This document shows, in pieces, positions 17,213-28,349 of a DNA stretch of 64,000 bases. Numbering within the stretch: position 1 is the stretch's first letter; each line of letters begins with the position of its first letter. Below the pieces are notes generated by a model that was not told the origin of the DNA, ran no database searches, and saw only the letters and a list, made by a program, of their open reading frames with translations. Source of the DNA: Spirochaetia bacterium (GTDB lineage Bacteria; Spirochaetota; Spirochaetia; SZUA-6; Bin103); contig CBDBOV010000006.1 in NCBI GenBank assembly GCA_965208575.1, positions 704,001-768,000 of the forward strand, in the 5' to 3' direction. The position numbers and the translations under genes were made by a program.

Positions 17213-18094
17213 ATGCGATACCGACCACTCGGCAACACCGGCCTGTCGGTCAGCGCCGTCGGGCTCGGCGGCGTGGCGCTGTCCATACCCGCAACACGCC
17301 CCGACCAGGCAACCGCGATCAAGGTGATTCACCACGCAATCGACCAGGGCGTGACCTTCATCGACACCGCAGACAGCTACGGCCAGGGCGAAGCGGACAT
17401 GGGGCACAACGAGCGCCTGTTTCGCGCCGCCCTGGCGCAGCTTCCCGGGGACGTGCGCGCGCGGGTGGTGGTGGCCACCAAGGGCGGCCACGCGCGTCCC
17501 GGCGGCGCCTGGGTTCCCAACGGCCGCCCGGAGTACCTGCGACAGCAGTGCGAGGCGTCCCTGCGCAACCTCGGTGTCGAGCGGCTCGACCTGCTGCAGC
17601 ATCACCGGCCCGACCCCGACGTGCCGATCGCCGACAGCATCGGCGCGTATGCCCGCCTGCGCGAAGAGGGCAAGGTGCGCTTCATCGGGGTCAGCGAGTA
17701 CTCGGTTGCCCAACTCGACGAGGCGCAGTCGGTGACCGCGATCGCCAGCACCCAGAATCAATACTCGCCGGCGCACCGGCAACCGGAGCGGGACGGCACC
17801 CTGGCAGCTACCGCGACGCGCGGCCTGGCGTTCATCCCCTGGAGCCCGCTCGGCGGCACCGGGCAGCAGGGGGCGGGCGACCTGGCTCGCCGGCACCCCG
17901 AGATTGCGCGCCTGGCGGAGCGTCACGGCGTGAGCCCGCAGCGGCTGGTGCTGGCCTGGCTGCTGGCCAAGGGAGCGCACGTGCTGGTGATCGTGGGCGC
18001 CAGCCGGGACGCCACCATCGAGGACTCGGCACGCGCCGCGGACCTCGATCTCGACGCCGGCGACATCGCCGGGATCGACGCCGCGACCGCCTGA
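17213..18094 (+). CDS. Aldo/keto reductase
   Basis: MRYRPLGNTGLSVSAVGLG, IDTADSYG, VATKGG, LLQHHRPD, GKVRFIGVS, PWSPLGG. Confidence 0.93.
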   Translation: MRYRPLGNTGLSVSAVGLGGVALSIPATRPDQATAIKVIHHAIDQGVTFIDTADSYGQGEADMGHNERLFRAALAQLPGDVRARVVVATKGGHARPGGAWVPNGRPEYLRQQCEASLRNLGVERLDLLQHHRPDPDVPIADSIGAYARLREEGKVRFIGVSEYSVAQLDEAQSVTAIASTQNQYSPAHRQPERDGTLAATATRGLAFIPWSPLGGTGQQGAGDLARRHPEIARLAERHGVSPQRLVLAWLLAKGAHVLVIVGASRDATIEDSARAADLDLDAGDIAGIDAATA

Positions 18095-18223
18095 CTGCGC
18101 TTCGCCGACACAAGTCGAGCCAGCCAGTCGCGGCCAATCGCGCCAATCGCCGGCGGGGGTTGATCACGACCCCGTTGTGGGCGACACTTCGCGGCTATCG
18201 CACGGGAGACGGGAGAGCGCACG

Positions 18224-19219
18224 ATGAGCGAGCAACAGCCGCAGGCCACCGCGGCGGGACAGTGGGTTTCGTACCGCCCGGAGATCAAGGTGCTCGACTG
18301 CACCATCCGGGACGGCGGCCTGATGAACGACCACCAGTTCAGCGACGAGGCCGTGCGCGGCGTGTACGACGCCTGCGTGCAGGCCGGCGTCGACTACATG
18401 GAGATCGGCTACATCAACTCCCGCGAACAGTTCCCGCCGGGCCAGTTCGGACCGTGGAAACACTGCCAGGAGCACGACATCCGGCGCATCGTGGGCGACA
18501 ACGACTCGGCGCTGAAACTGTCCGCGATGGCGGATGCCGAAAAGAGCGACTACCGCGAGGACGTTCTGCCCAGTTCGGAGAGCGTGCTCGACATGATCCG
18601 GGTGGCTACCTACATCCACCAGATTCCGCTCGCCCTCGACATGATCAAGGACGCCCACGACAAGGGCTACGAGACCTCGCTCAACCTCATGGCCCTGTCC
18701 ACGGTGCCGGAGCGCGAGCTCAATGAGGCGCTGCACCTGGTGGCGCGTTCGGAGGTGGAAGTGATCTGCATCGTCGACAGCTTCGGCGCCCTGTACGGCG
18801 AGCAGATCGACGACTACATGCAGAAGTTCAGCAGTTACGCCCGGTCGGCCGGCAAGGAGGTGGGCATGCACGCCCACAACAACCGGCAGCTCGCGTTCGC
18901 CAACACCATTCAGGCGACCATCCGCGGCGCCAATCGGCTCGATGCCAGCGTGGCCGGCCTCGGCCGCGGCGCCGGCAACTGCCCCATGGAGCTGCTGCTC
19001 AGCTTCCTGCACAACCCGAAGTTCCGCCTGCGCCCGATCCTGCACTGCGCACAGCACCACATCGAACCGTTGCGCGAGCAACTCAAGTGGGGCTTCGACT
19101 ACCCCTACATGATCACCGGCGTCCTCAACCAGCACCCGCGCGCCGGCATCGCGTTCAACGAGTCCACCCACCGCGGCGACGTGATCAGGTTCTACGACTC
19201 ACTGGAACACGAAGACTGA
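18224..19219 (+). CDS. DRE-TIM metallolyase, 4-hydroxy-2-oxovalerate aldolase-like
   Basis: LDCTIRDGG, VDSFG, GMHAHNN, GLGRGAGNCPMELL. Confidence 0.85.
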   Translation: MSEQQPQATAAGQWVSYRPEIKVLDCTIRDGGLMNDHQFSDEAVRGVYDACVQAGVDYMEIGYINSREQFPPGQFGPWKHCQEHDIRRIVGDNDSALKLSAMADAEKSDYREDVLPSSESVLDMIRVATYIHQIPLALDMIKDAHDKGYETSLNLMALSTVPERELNEALHLVARSEVEVICIVDSFGALYGEQIDDYMQKFSSYARSAGKEVGMHAHNNRQLAFANTIQATIRGANRLDASVAGLGRGAGNCPMELLLSFLHNPKFRLRPILHCAQHHIEPLREQLKWGFDYPYMITGVLNQHPRAGIAFNESTHRGDVIRFYDSLEHED

Positions 19220-19240
19220 CCCGTAGAGACTTCCCTCATC

Positions 19241-22200
19241 TTGCGACAGCCGTTTCACATACATGCGTCGCATCGCCTGGAAGCGCTCGCGGCACGCCTG
19301 GCCGGCGAAATGTGCCGAACTCCCGGCGACCCGCTGGCGGCAGAGCGCATCGTCGTTCCGCACCCGATCATGGGGCAGTGGCTGCGGCAGCAACTCGCCA
19401 ACCGGCTTAGCGTCGCGGCACACCTGCGCATCGAGCTTCCGGCCGAGTTCGCCTGGGACGCCATGCGCGAGGCGATGCCCACGCTGTCCGCGGTGCAGGT
19501 GTTCAAACCGGCGTACCTGCGCTGGCGCATTTTCGAGCGCCTGGCCCGCTGGAACGGCGGCGACGAGATTGCGCGCTACCTGGCGGACGGGGATGCGCGC
19601 AAGCGGTTCGAGCTCGCGGACCGGCTGGCGGCCGCGTACGACCGCTGCCTCGTCTACCGCGCTGACCGCATCCGGGCATGGCAGGCGGGCGAGTCGCCGC
19701 ACTGGCACGGGCGGCTGTGGGCGCAGTTGGTCACCGACGGGGTGTCCGGGCAGTCAGGGAGCCGGCACTGGGTCGACGCCGTGGACGGCTACCGCGCCGC
19801 GGCCGTCAACCGAGCGACGCGTCCTCGGGTGAGTGTGTTCGCCGTTGCCACGATGTCGCCGTCATTCCTGGAAATGCTCCGCCTTGCCAACGCTGCGATG
19901 GAGATCCACCTGTTTCTGCTCAGCCCGCGCCGCGACTTCTGGGCCGTCATCCCGGCGCGCACGGCAGGCGGCTACTACGCAGAGCAGAACGAACTGCTGG
20001 AGGCGTGGGGCAGGCCGGCACGCGACCTGCAGGCACTGCTGAACGGCCAGCACCCACCCGTTCAGGCGGACCAACCCGTCGCGCACGATCCGCCATCCGC
20101 CGGCACCTGCCTGGAGGCGGCGCAGGCAGACCTCTCCGGCGACACCGCGCCGCCGGCACCGCGCGATCCGGACGACTCCATTCAGGTCCACGTCTGCCAC
20201 TCCCCGGCTCGCGAGGTCGAAGTGCTCCACGACCGGTTGCTCGGCGTGTTCGACCAACATCCCGACATCGAGCCGGCGGACGTGCTGGTGCTGACGCCAG
20301 ATCTCGACACCTACGCACCGATCATCGCGGCGGTGTTCGGCGCCGCCGGCCGGATCCGCTTCCAGGTCGGCCGCCGGCGGTTCAACGAGGGCGCCGCGCT
20401 GACCGCATTCCTCGACCTGCTGGAACTGCCCGGCTCCCGCTACACCGCCAACGCGGTGCTGGCGCCGCTGCGCGCGGCATCCGTGCGCGCCTGCTTCGGT
20501 ATCGGTGAAACCGACCTGGAGGGTATCCGCGATGCCGTGCGGCGGGCCGGCATCCGCTGGGGCCTCGACGCCGGGCACCGCACGGAGCTGGACGTGCCCG
20601 CCTCGCCCCACCACAACTGGCGCCACGGCTTGCGCCGTCTGCTGCTCGGCTACGCCATTGACGCCGACGCCGACGCCGGCGCCGGCGTGCTGCTCGGCGA
20701 CATCACGCCATGCGCCCTGGACCGCTGGGGATTCCGCTCCGGCGCAGCCGACTACGAACGTCTCGGCCGCTTGCTGCGCTACTGTGAGCTGGCATTCGCG
20801 CTCGACGACTGGTCGCAGGCCGCGCACTCGCCGAGCGAGTGGACCGCGCGATTGCGCACCGGCGTGCTGGCGCGCTTCTTCGTCGATGCCGACCGCGCCG
20901 CGACACCCGTAGTGAGCCGGGAACTGAGCACCGTGGCAGGCCTGATCGACGACTTCGCCGCCGAGTGCGCGAACGCCGGCGCCGATGGCCCGGTACCCTT
21001 CCGCGTGCTGCGCGACGTGTTGAACGAACACGCGTCGGCTACCACCCGCGGCGTACCGCGACTTGCGGACGGCGTGACGGTCACCGGCCTGGCGGTAGGA
21101 CAGGCCGTTCCCGCCAAGGTGGTGTGCGCCGTGGGCATGAACGACGGCGCGTTCCCGCGCCGGCCGCAGGCGATGCCCTTCGACTTCCTCACCGGCCTGT
21201 TCGGCGAGGACGCGCGCCGGCTCGGCGACCGCGACGTGCGCGACGACGACCGCTTCGCATTCCTGGAAGCCGTGCTGGCGGCGCGCCGCTGCCTGCTGCT
21301 GACCTACACCGGCCGCGACCTGCAGGAGGACAAACCGATACCGCCGTCCATCGTGGTGAGCGAGTTGACGGAGTACCTCGACCGCCGGTTCCCGGACGCG
21401 GCCGGCAAGGACGGTCCGGAGCGCTGGCAGACGCGCCACCCCTTGCAGCCGTTCAGTCCCCGCTACTTCCGGCCGGACGAACCTGCCCTGTACAGCTACT
21501 CCTTGCCGATGGCCGCCGCGGCAACGGCACTCGGCGCGGGCGGCGGCGATGCCGACCGTTTCGCCGGCCAACTCGATGCGGCGCCTGCCGAGCACGAAAT
21601 CGAACTGGACGATCTGATTCGCTTCGCGGTCAGCCCGTCCCGGTACTTCGCGCGCCACCGGCTCGGGTTGCACCTCGACGTTCGTGACGACGAACTGGAT
21701 GACGACGAACCGTTCCAACTCGACCCCTTGCAGGCGTGGCTGTTGAAGAGCGGCCTGGCCGACTGGGACGAGCCGGGCGAGGAACACGCCGCCCGGCTGG
21801 CCGCCGCCGGCGGCCTGCTGCCACCAGGCAACATGGCGGAGATACAGCACCGGGAGTCCTCCGGCGAGGTCGACGCACTACAAGAGGCCCTGCGGCCCTA
21901 CCGGGACCACACCGCCAGGGCCGAGGTGGACATCGTGGTGAGCGGCACCCGTATCGTCGGCTTCGTGGAGCGTTTCCACGGCGACCGGAACGAACTGGCA
22001 AGGCGGCGAATCGGCAGGATCCGGGCGAAGGACCGGATCGAGGTGTGGCTGCGCCTGCTGGCGCTCACCGTGGCCCGCGGTTGCCCGATGACGGCGCACC
22101 TGTTTGGCAGCAAGAACGCCGAAACCAGCACGCTGGCAGGGCCGACGCCGGAGCGAGCCCGCGAACTGCTCGGCGACTGGGTGGCCGTCTGGCAGGAGGG

Positions 22201-22414
22201 GCAGCGCAGACCGTTGCCGTTCTTTGCCGACGCTTCGTGGACCTGGACCGGTAAGCAGTCGCCGACGGCGGTTACCGCCGCCTGGACCAGCCGGCCGTGG
22301 AGTGAGGGCAACGATTCGGTTCATCGAGTGATGTTCGCCGACGGCCCCGTCAATGAGTCGTTCGCAGACCTTGCCGTCCGCCTGCTTGGACCATTGCGGG
22401 AAGCCATGTCGTGA
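19241..22414 (+). CDS. recC: Exodeoxyribonuclease V gamma subunit
   Basis: SHRLEAL, ERIVVPHPIMGQWL, CHSPAREVEVLHDRLL, GMNDGAFPR, DDRFAFLEA, HPLQPFSPRYF. Confidence 0.93.
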   Translation: MRQPFHIHASHRLEALAARLAGEMCRTPGDPLAAERIVVPHPIMGQWLRQQLANRLSVAAHLRIELPAEFAWDAMREAMPTLSAVQVFKPAYLRWRIFERLARWNGGDEIARYLADGDARKRFELADRLAAAYDRCLVYRADRIRAWQAGESPHWHGRLWAQLVTDGVSGQSGSRHWVDAVDGYRAAAVNRATRPRVSVFAVATMSPSFLEMLRLANAAMEIHLFLLSPRRDFWAVIPARTAGGYYAEQNELLEAWGRPARDLQALLNGQHPPVQADQPVAHDPPSAGTCLEAAQADLSGDTAPPAPRDPDDSIQVHVCHSPAREVEVLHDRLLGVFDQHPDIEPADVLVLTPDLDTYAPIIAAVFGAAGRIRFQVGRRRFNEGAALTAFLDLLELPGSRYTANAVLAPLRAASVRACFGIGETDLEGIRDAVRRAGIRWGLDAGHRTELDVPASPHHNWRHGLRRLLLGYAIDADADAGAGVLLGDITPCALDRWGFRSGAADYERLGRLLRYCELAFALDDWSQAAHSPSEWTARLRTGVLARFFVDADRAATPVVSRELSTVAGLIDDFAAECANAGADGPVPFRVLRDVLNEHASATTRGVPRLADGVTVTGLAVGQAVPAKVVCAVGMNDGAFPRRPQAMPFDFLTGLFGEDARRLGDRDVRDDDRFAFLEAVLAARRCLLLTYTGRDLQEDKPIPPSIVVSELTEYLDRRFPDAAGKDGPERWQTRHPLQPFSPRYFRPDEPALYSYSLPMAAAATALGAGGGDADRFAGQLDAAPAEHEIELDDLIRFAVSPSRYFARHRLGLHLDVRDDELDDDEPFQLDPLQAWLLKSGLADWDEPGEEHAARLAAAGGLLPPGNMAEIQHRESSGEVDALQEALRPYRDHTARAEVDIVVSGTRIVGFVERFHGDRNELARRRIGRIRAKDRIEVWLRLLALTVARGCPMTAHLFGSKNAETSTLAGPTPERARELLGDWVAVWQEGQRRPLPFFADASWTWTGKQSPTAVTAAWTSRPWSEGNDSVHRVMFADGPVNESFADLAVRLLGPLREAMS

Positions 22415-25400
22415 GCACAGCCGGAACCACACCACTCACCGCACCGCTGGACGGCAGCCTGCTGGTGGAGGCCAGCGCCGGCACCGGCAAGACCTACACG
22501 CTCACCACGCTCGCCGCGCGCCTCCTGGTCGAAGCCGGTCACGGCATCCAGGACCTGCTCATCGTTACCTTCACCGTCGCCGCCACCGGCGAGCTGCGTA
22601 CCCGCATCTGGCAAACCCTGCACGCGGCCCGCGCCGCAGTCCGCGACCCGGCGGCCGAGGCCGGCAACCAGGCACGAGAGTTGGCGGCGCACTGGCGGCG
22701 CGCCGGAGTCGAACACGCCGATGTCCGGCTGACGCGCGCCATCCGGGATTTCGACCGCGCCACGATCACCACGATCCACGGCTTCTGCCAGCGCGCGCTG
22801 ACGGAGTTCGCGCTGTACGCCGCGCTGCCGTTCGGTTTCCGGGTGAGCGGCGACGCGGCGCTGGAGGTGGAGTCCGCCACGCGCGACTTCTGGCGGCGGC
22901 GCATGGCGCGGGAGCCCGTTACGCTGCTGGAGTACGCCAAGCAGCAGAAATTCGTGATCGACGAGGCGGCCGTCTGGGCCGGCCGGCATCATGCAAGACC
23001 GGGAGTCATTCGGCCCGCGGACGACTGCGAAGGCTCCGAGCGCAGCGGCGAAGCCAACCGCGCAGAGTGGCTGCAGGCGTTCCGAGCGGCGCACGACGCC
23101 TGGGTCGATCCGGCCCAGCAACGGACGTTCCACGACGTGACGGAGCACTATCGGTGGAAGAAGGACCGCAAGGACGAAGCGGTCTGCAGGGCGGTGATCG
23201 ACGCCCTCGACGCCAACGATGCCGACCTGCTGCCGTTGAAGGATGCCGGCTACTTCGCACCGGCATCGCTGGCCGAGAAGCTGTACAAGAAGAACCCACC
23301 CCCGGAGATCCCCCTGTTCACCTGCTTCGAACGGCTGGGCAAGGCCGCGGCCGAACTCGGTGATGCCTGGTTGAGCAGTCGGCGGCGCGGTCTGCTTCGG
23401 GACGCCGGAGAGACGTTGTACCGCGGCAATTGGGACGCCCGGTGCTTGAGCTTCGATGCGCTGTTGACGCAACTGTACCGGGCCCTTGAGGGCCGCGGCG
23501 GCGGCGCGCTGGCGGCGCGCATGCGCACCCGTTACCCGGTAGCCCTGATCGACGAGTTCCAGGATACCGACCGGCTGCAAGCACGGATATTCGAGAAGAT
23601 CTACGCCTCCGCGCGGGGCGGCGGCGGGCTGATCGTCGTCGGCGACCCCAAGCAGTCGATCTTCCGCTTCCGCGGCGCCGACGTGTTTGCCTACCTCGAT
23701 GCCAGGTCCGGGGTCGCGGCGGGGCACGCGCTGCGCCTGACGGTCAATTACCGCTCCGACTCCGCCCTGGTGCGTGCCGCGAACGCCGTGTTCGAGCGGC
23801 ACAATCCCTTCCTGCTGCCGGACATCCGCTTCGAGGCCGCGCACCCCGCGGCGCACGACCTTGGCGCGCTGTGCGTGCGGGACGATGAGTACGACCCGCA
23901 CCCGTTCCAACTGCACCTGTTCCCGGACGGCGACGGCGGCAAGAGGTGGAACAAGGGGAACCTGGTGCGCGCAGCCGCGTCGCACGCCGCCGGCAGGATC
24001 GTGCGGCTGCTCGAACTCGGAGCCTCGGGCCGGGCGTTCGTGCGCCGCGCCTCCGGTCCGGCAGCCGGTGAGCCCCTGGTGGCCGGTGACGTCGCCGTGC
24101 TCGTCCGTACCGGCGAGCAGGGCCGAACCATCGCGCGCGCGCTGCGCGATGGCGGCGTGCGCACCGTCGAACTGGGTACGGACAGCGTGTTCGACAGTGC
24201 CGAGGCAGCGGCCGTGCACCAACTGCTGCACGCGCTTGCCGCCGACGAGACCGACTACCAAGCCGCCGCGCGGCTGCGCGGCGCACTGGCGGGCGACCTG
24301 TTCGGGCTGGAACTGTCCGCGATCGACCGGTTGCAGGGCGACGACCAGGCATGGGCGGACTGGAACGACCACGCCCGCGAGTGGCGCCGGATCTGGGCCG
24401 CGGCCGGCATCGCCAGCCTGATGCGCCACCTGCTGTTTGCCGACCATCCGGCGTGCGCAGCGCATCTTCTGCGGCATCGGGACGGGCCGCGCCGGCTCAC
24501 CAACGTCCTGCACCTCACCGACCTGCTGCACGACGCCGAGACCCGCGACCGGTTGTCGCGGCGCGGCCTGATGGACTGGTTCGCCCACTTCAAGGCGCAA
24601 CCGGAACGCGGCGGCGAGACCGCGCAACTGCGCCTGGAGAGCGACGAGGACCTGGTGAAGATCGTCACGGTGCACCGCGCCAAGGGACTGGAGTTTCCGG
24701 TGGTGTTCTGCCCGTTCGCCTGGTTCGGTCATCGACCGGGTACCGAACCCACGGCCGAGTACTACGACTCCGACGACAGGACGCCGGTGCTGGACGTGCG
24801 CCCTTCGTCGGCGGCCGTCGACCGGCAACGCGACGAACAGCACTCCGACGAGTTGCGGCTGCTGTACGTGGCGCTGACCAGGGCGCAGTACCGCTGCGAA
24901 GTGACCTGGGCGCGGGTGAGGGACGGCGAATACTCGCCGCTCGCCTGGCTCCTGCATGGCCGGGAGACCCGCGAAGCAAACGAGCGCCACGTGCGGCGCT
25001 TGAGCGCGGCCGACTGGCTGGGCGAGGTGCGGCAGTTTGGTGCACGCGTAGCGGACGCAATCTCCATCAACCAGGCAACTCCCGAGCTCACTGTCGGCCC
25101 GCTACCGTGCGCACGCCCGGAAGCGGAATCCCTGGCCGCCCGTAAACTCGGTCGCCAACTCGCGCGCACGCGCCAGTTGACCAGCTACTCCGCGCTCGCG
25201 GCCGGCGCCGGCGCCCATGAGCCCGCGCGCGAACAGGAAGAAGACGAAGCCGCGTACATCGACCCCGAGCAGGTCGCGGACGGCGTCCGCAACGAGTTCA
25301 CCTTTCCGGCCGGCAGCCGGCCCGGCGACTGCCTGCACCAGATCCTGGCCATGCAGATGCAACCGAACGTCGATCCGGACCGCGCCTGCCGGGACGCCCT

Positions 25401-26037
25401 GGCCAGGTTCGACATCGGCGGCCACTGGATCGAGGTGGTCCGCACGCTGGTGACCAATGCGCTGGACACCCCACTGTTGCCCGCCGGCGACGTCAGCGCC
25501 GGCGCCGGCAACGCGTTCGGTTTCGGCGGCGGTACGTTTCGCCTCGGCGACGTCGACCGGCCGATCGTGGAGATGCAGTTCCATCTGCCGGTCCGCGGCT
25601 TCCGGCGCGCGCATCTCTCCCAGGCGCTCGAGGCGCACGGTTACGAACCGGCGCTCGCCGACGGAGCCGGCGAAATCAACGGTTTCCTGAACGGCTACAT
25701 CGACGTCGTCGCCCGTGCCGGTGGGCGCTGGTACGTGATCGACTACAAGTCCAACTGGCTCGGCAACGACCTGGCCGCCTACTCGCCCACGGCGATCGAG
25801 CGCGCCATGGCACGCCACGGCTACCACCTCCAGTACCTGCTGTACCTCACCGCGCTGCACCGCCTGCTGCGGCTGCGCGTGCCCGACTACGACTACGACC
25901 GCCACGTGGGCGGCGCGCTCTATCTTTTCCTGCGCGGCATGCGACCCGCCGTGCCCGGCAGCGGCGTCTTCCGGGATCGTCCGTCGCGCGCCTGCATCGA
26001 GACGATTGACGCCTGTTTCCGAGGCGACGGATCGTGA
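22411..26037 (+). CDS. recB: Exodeoxyribonuclease V beta subunit
   Basis: EASAGTGKT, TIHGFCQR, IDEFQDTD, GDPKQSI, TVHRAKGLEF, LLYVALTRA; nuclease motif GYID...IDYKSN. Confidence 0.95.
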   Translation: MSTAGTTPLTAPLDGSLLVEASAGTGKTYTLTTLAARLLVEAGHGIQDLLIVTFTVAATGELRTRIWQTLHAARAAVRDPAAEAGNQARELAAHWRRAGVEHADVRLTRAIRDFDRATITTIHGFCQRALTEFALYAALPFGFRVSGDAALEVESATRDFWRRRMAREPVTLLEYAKQQKFVIDEAAVWAGRHHARPGVIRPADDCEGSERSGEANRAEWLQAFRAAHDAWVDPAQQRTFHDVTEHYRWKKDRKDEAVCRAVIDALDANDADLLPLKDAGYFAPASLAEKLYKKNPPPEIPLFTCFERLGKAAAELGDAWLSSRRRGLLRDAGETLYRGNWDARCLSFDALLTQLYRALEGRGGGALAARMRTRYPVALIDEFQDTDRLQARIFEKIYASARGGGGLIVVGDPKQSIFRFRGADVFAYLDARSGVAAGHALRLTVNYRSDSALVRAANAVFERHNPFLLPDIRFEAAHPAAHDLGALCVRDDEYDPHPFQLHLFPDGDGGKRWNKGNLVRAAASHAAGRIVRLLELGASGRAFVRRASGPAAGEPLVAGDVAVLVRTGEQGRTIARALRDGGVRTVELGTDSVFDSAEAAAVHQLLHALAADETDYQAAARLRGALAGDLFGLELSAIDRLQGDDQAWADWNDHAREWRRIWAAAGIASLMRHLLFADHPACAAHLLRHRDGPRRLTNVLHLTDLLHDAETRDRLSRRGLMDWFAHFKAQPERGGETAQLRLESDEDLVKIVTVHRAKGLEFPVVFCPFAWFGHRPGTEPTAEYYDSDDRTPVLDVRPSSAAVDRQRDEQHSDELRLLYVALTRAQYRCEVTWARVRDGEYSPLAWLLHGRETREANERHVRRLSAADWLGEVRQFGARVADAISINQATPELTVGPLPCARPEAESLAARKLGRQLARTRQLTSYSALAAGAGAHEPAREQEEDEAAYIDPEQVADGVRNEFTFPAGSRPGDCLHQILAMQMQPNVDPDRACRDALARFDIGGHWIEVVRTLVTNALDTPLLPAGDVSAGAGNAFGFGGGTFRLGDVDRPIVEMQFHLPVRGFRRAHLSQALEAHGYEPALADGAGEINGFLNGYIDVVARAGGRWYVIDYKSNWLGNDLAAYSPTAIERAMARHGYHLQYLLYLTALHRLLRLRVPDYDYDRHVGGALYLFLRGMRPAVPGSGVFRDRPSRACIETIDACFRGDGS

Positions 26038-27887
26038 CGGCCGCGGACCAACTCAGGGTGCTCGCCGAAGCGCGCGTGCTCGCCGACATCGACCGCTTCT
26101 TCGCCCTGTCGCTGGAACACCTGGGCGCCGGCCCGGAGGTGGTGCTGGCGGCGGCGGCGGTGAGCGCCATGCACCGCGCCGGCCACACCTGCCTGCCGCT
26201 TGCCGAGGCCGGCAAGCCGCTCGCGGACATCGTCGAGCGGCCATCGGAACAGGGCGAGGTGGTGCCGGAGCAGGCGAGAGCGATCCGCCTGCCGGCGCAA
26301 GCTCCCTGGCGCGATGCGCTCGAGGCCAGCCCGGTGGTAGCGACCGGCGGCACTGACGGCTCGCCGTTGCCGGCGGGGGTGGACCGCGACCGCCCGATTC
26401 TTCCGTTGGGCAACTGCCCGCCATTGCCGTTGGTCCTGGACCACGACCGCCTGTACCTGCACCGACTGTTTGCAGCCGAGTCGGGGCTTGCAGCGCGCAT
26501 GCGCACCCTGGCCGGGGAGGCGATCCGACGCGACCTCGGCGATTCTTTGACCCGCGTGTTCGGCGCCGGCGCGGACCGGGAAACCATCGCCGCGGCAACC
26601 GCCGCCGTCGAACGCCGGCTGTGCATCGTCACCGGCGGGCCCGGCACCGGCAAGACCACGCTGGCGGCAGGCCTGATCGCACTGCTCGCGGATCTCGGCA
26701 TCGCCGCGGCACACCGCATTGGACTGGTGACGCCGACCGGCAAGGCGGCGGCGCGGCTGCAGGAGGCGGTCACCACCCAACTCGACGAGCGCGACCTGCG
26801 AGCGAAGGTGCCCGCGCTTGCCGGCTTCGCGCCCGCGGCCGGCACCATCCACCGGCTGCTGATGAGGCCCGCTCTGCGCCTGGACGCGCTGGTGGTGGAC
26901 GAGTGCTCGATGGTCGACCTGCCGCTGATGAACCGGCTGATCGCCGCGCTGCCGGATGGCTGCCGCCTCATCCTGCTCGGCGACACCGATCAGCTCTCCT
27001 CCGTGGAACCCGGCTCCGTGTTCAGCGACCTGTGCGCCGCAGGCGGCGGTTCGCCACTGGCGGCGTGCACCGTGCGCCTGACCCGGAGCCACCGTTTCGC
27101 GGCCGACCGCGGCATCGGTCTGTTGGCCGCCGCGGTCGTCGGCGGCGACGCGGAAGCGGCGCTGGCCACCCTCGACGACGCCGACGAGGCTCAGACCGAC
27201 CGGCAGCCACTGTCGGACGCCGCCGAGTTCGAGCAATTCGCCGCGGTCTGCGCCGTCGAGTGGCACCAACACATCGACATGCTGCGCACGGCTACGGCAG
27301 CGCCGACGACAACGACAGTGCCACCCGCGTTCCCGGCGCGCCGCGTCCTGTGCGCCCACCGCCGCGGACCATTCGGCGTTGGCCGCTTCAACCGCCTCGT
27401 CGAACGCGGCCTGCGCGCCCGCGGCGTGATCGACCGCGAGGAGTTCTACGTCGGCCGGCCGATCATTGTGACCCGCAACGACCGCCAGACCGGCCTCTCC
27501 AACGGCGACACGGGCGTCGTCGTGGCGGCCGCAGAGCAACGCCGCCAGGTGTGGTTCCCGGACCTGGACCGCGGTGCCGGGCGATTCCTGGTGGCGCCGT
27601 CGCGGCTGCCCGAGCACGAGAGCTTCTTCGCCCTCACCGTGCACCGCGCGCAAGGCTCCGAATACGACGAGGTGGTGTTCGTTCCCGGTGACCCGGAGTC
27701 GCGCGTGTGCACCCGCGAGCTGTTCTACACGGCGGTTACGCGGGCGCGGCGCAAGGTAACCGTACTCTCGGGTGCGGACGCCGTGCGTGCCACGGTGCAG
27801 CGCACGACATCACGCTCGTCAGGGCTGTCGGACCGGCTGGCCGCCGGCCCTCCCCATGACTCCAGGTCCTCTTCGCCCACGCGGTAG
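26034..27887 (+). CDS. recD: Exodeoxyribonuclease V alpha subunit
   Basis: TGGPGTGKT, TPTGKAAARL, VDECSMVD, LLGDTDQL, NGDTG, TVHRAQGSEY, YTAVTRAR. Confidence 0.95.
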   Translation: MTAADQLRVLAEARVLADIDRFFALSLEHLGAGPEVVLAAAAVSAMHRAGHTCLPLAEAGKPLADIVERPSEQGEVVPEQARAIRLPAQAPWRDALEASPVVATGGTDGSPLPAGVDRDRPILPLGNCPPLPLVLDHDRLYLHRLFAAESGLAARMRTLAGEAIRRDLGDSLTRVFGAGADRETIAAATAAVERRLCIVTGGPGTGKTTLAAGLIALLADLGIAAAHRIGLVTPTGKAAARLQEAVTTQLDERDLRAKVPALAGFAPAAGTIHRLLMRPALRLDALVVDECSMVDLPLMNRLIAALPDGCRLILLGDTDQLSSVEPGSVFSDLCAAGGGSPLAACTVRLTRSHRFAADRGIGLLAAAVVGGDAEAALATLDDADEAQTDRQPLSDAAEFEQFAAVCAVEWHQHIDMLRTATAAPTTTTVPPAFPARRVLCAHRRGPFGVGRFNRLVERGLRARGVIDREEFYVGRPIIVTRNDRQTGLSNGDTGVVVAAAEQRRQVWFPDLDRGAGRFLVAPSRLPEHESFFALTVHRAQGSEYDEVVFVPGDPESRVCTRELFYTAVTRARRKVTVLSGADAVRATVQRTTSRSSGLSDRLAAGPPHDSRSSSPTR

Positions 27888-27891
27888 GCCT

Positions 27892-28095
27892 GACGTAGAA
27901 ATCCTCTCCAAGATGGGCCAGAAAGGGCTCCACGTCAGCATCCGTCAAGGCCACCACCAAGTCTACGTCCATGGTCGCTCGAGGCTCACCGCTCACCGAA
28001 CTCGCCAGGGATCCGCCAACCAGATACCGGACTCCGCACCGCTCCAACGCGGACGCTACCTGAAGAGCCACCTGAAGCGGCTCCGCCGGCGCCAT
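27892..28095 (-). pseudogene. Truncated Pol-beta-type nucleotidyltransferase (N-terminal ~68 aa)
   Basis: YLVGGSLASSVSGEPRATMDVD (GS...DxD). Family-like sequence stops after EDFYV and the frame runs into antisense recD. Confidence 0.65.
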
Positions 28096-28349
28096 CAGGA
28101 ATCGAGCAAGTCGGCGGCCTCGGGGTATGCGCGAACCGCGAGGCGAGGGCCGAGCTTGAGCAGGGCGAGGCGCAACTGGCACTCGGGCTCGGAGGCGTGC
28201 GGGTGACGCTTCCGGATACCGGCCAGTGCCAATTCCTGAGCGGCACGGCTCAGGCCATCCACAGCACGCGCCTTCTCCAGCGGTGACATTCGCCGCCACA
28301 GGGCGATCTGCAACCGCTCCACCTCCGGCAACGAATCGCGGCTCAGCAT
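28095..28349 (-). CDS. Small helical protein coupled to the nucleotidyltransferase (putative antitoxin-like partner)
   Basis: 84 aa, MLSRDS..EVERLQIALWRRMSPLEK...AGIRKRHP; TGATG overlap with the NTase start. Confidence 0.65.
   Translation of the reverse strand: MLSRDSLPEVERLQIALWRRMSPLEKARAVDGLSRAAQELALAGIRKRHPHASEPECQLRLALLKLGPRLAVRAYPEAADLLDS

Noticed and set aside
19241-27887. recCBD as a novel helicase-nuclease defence system
   Set aside because: Canonical order, sizes and motifs of housekeeping RecBCD.
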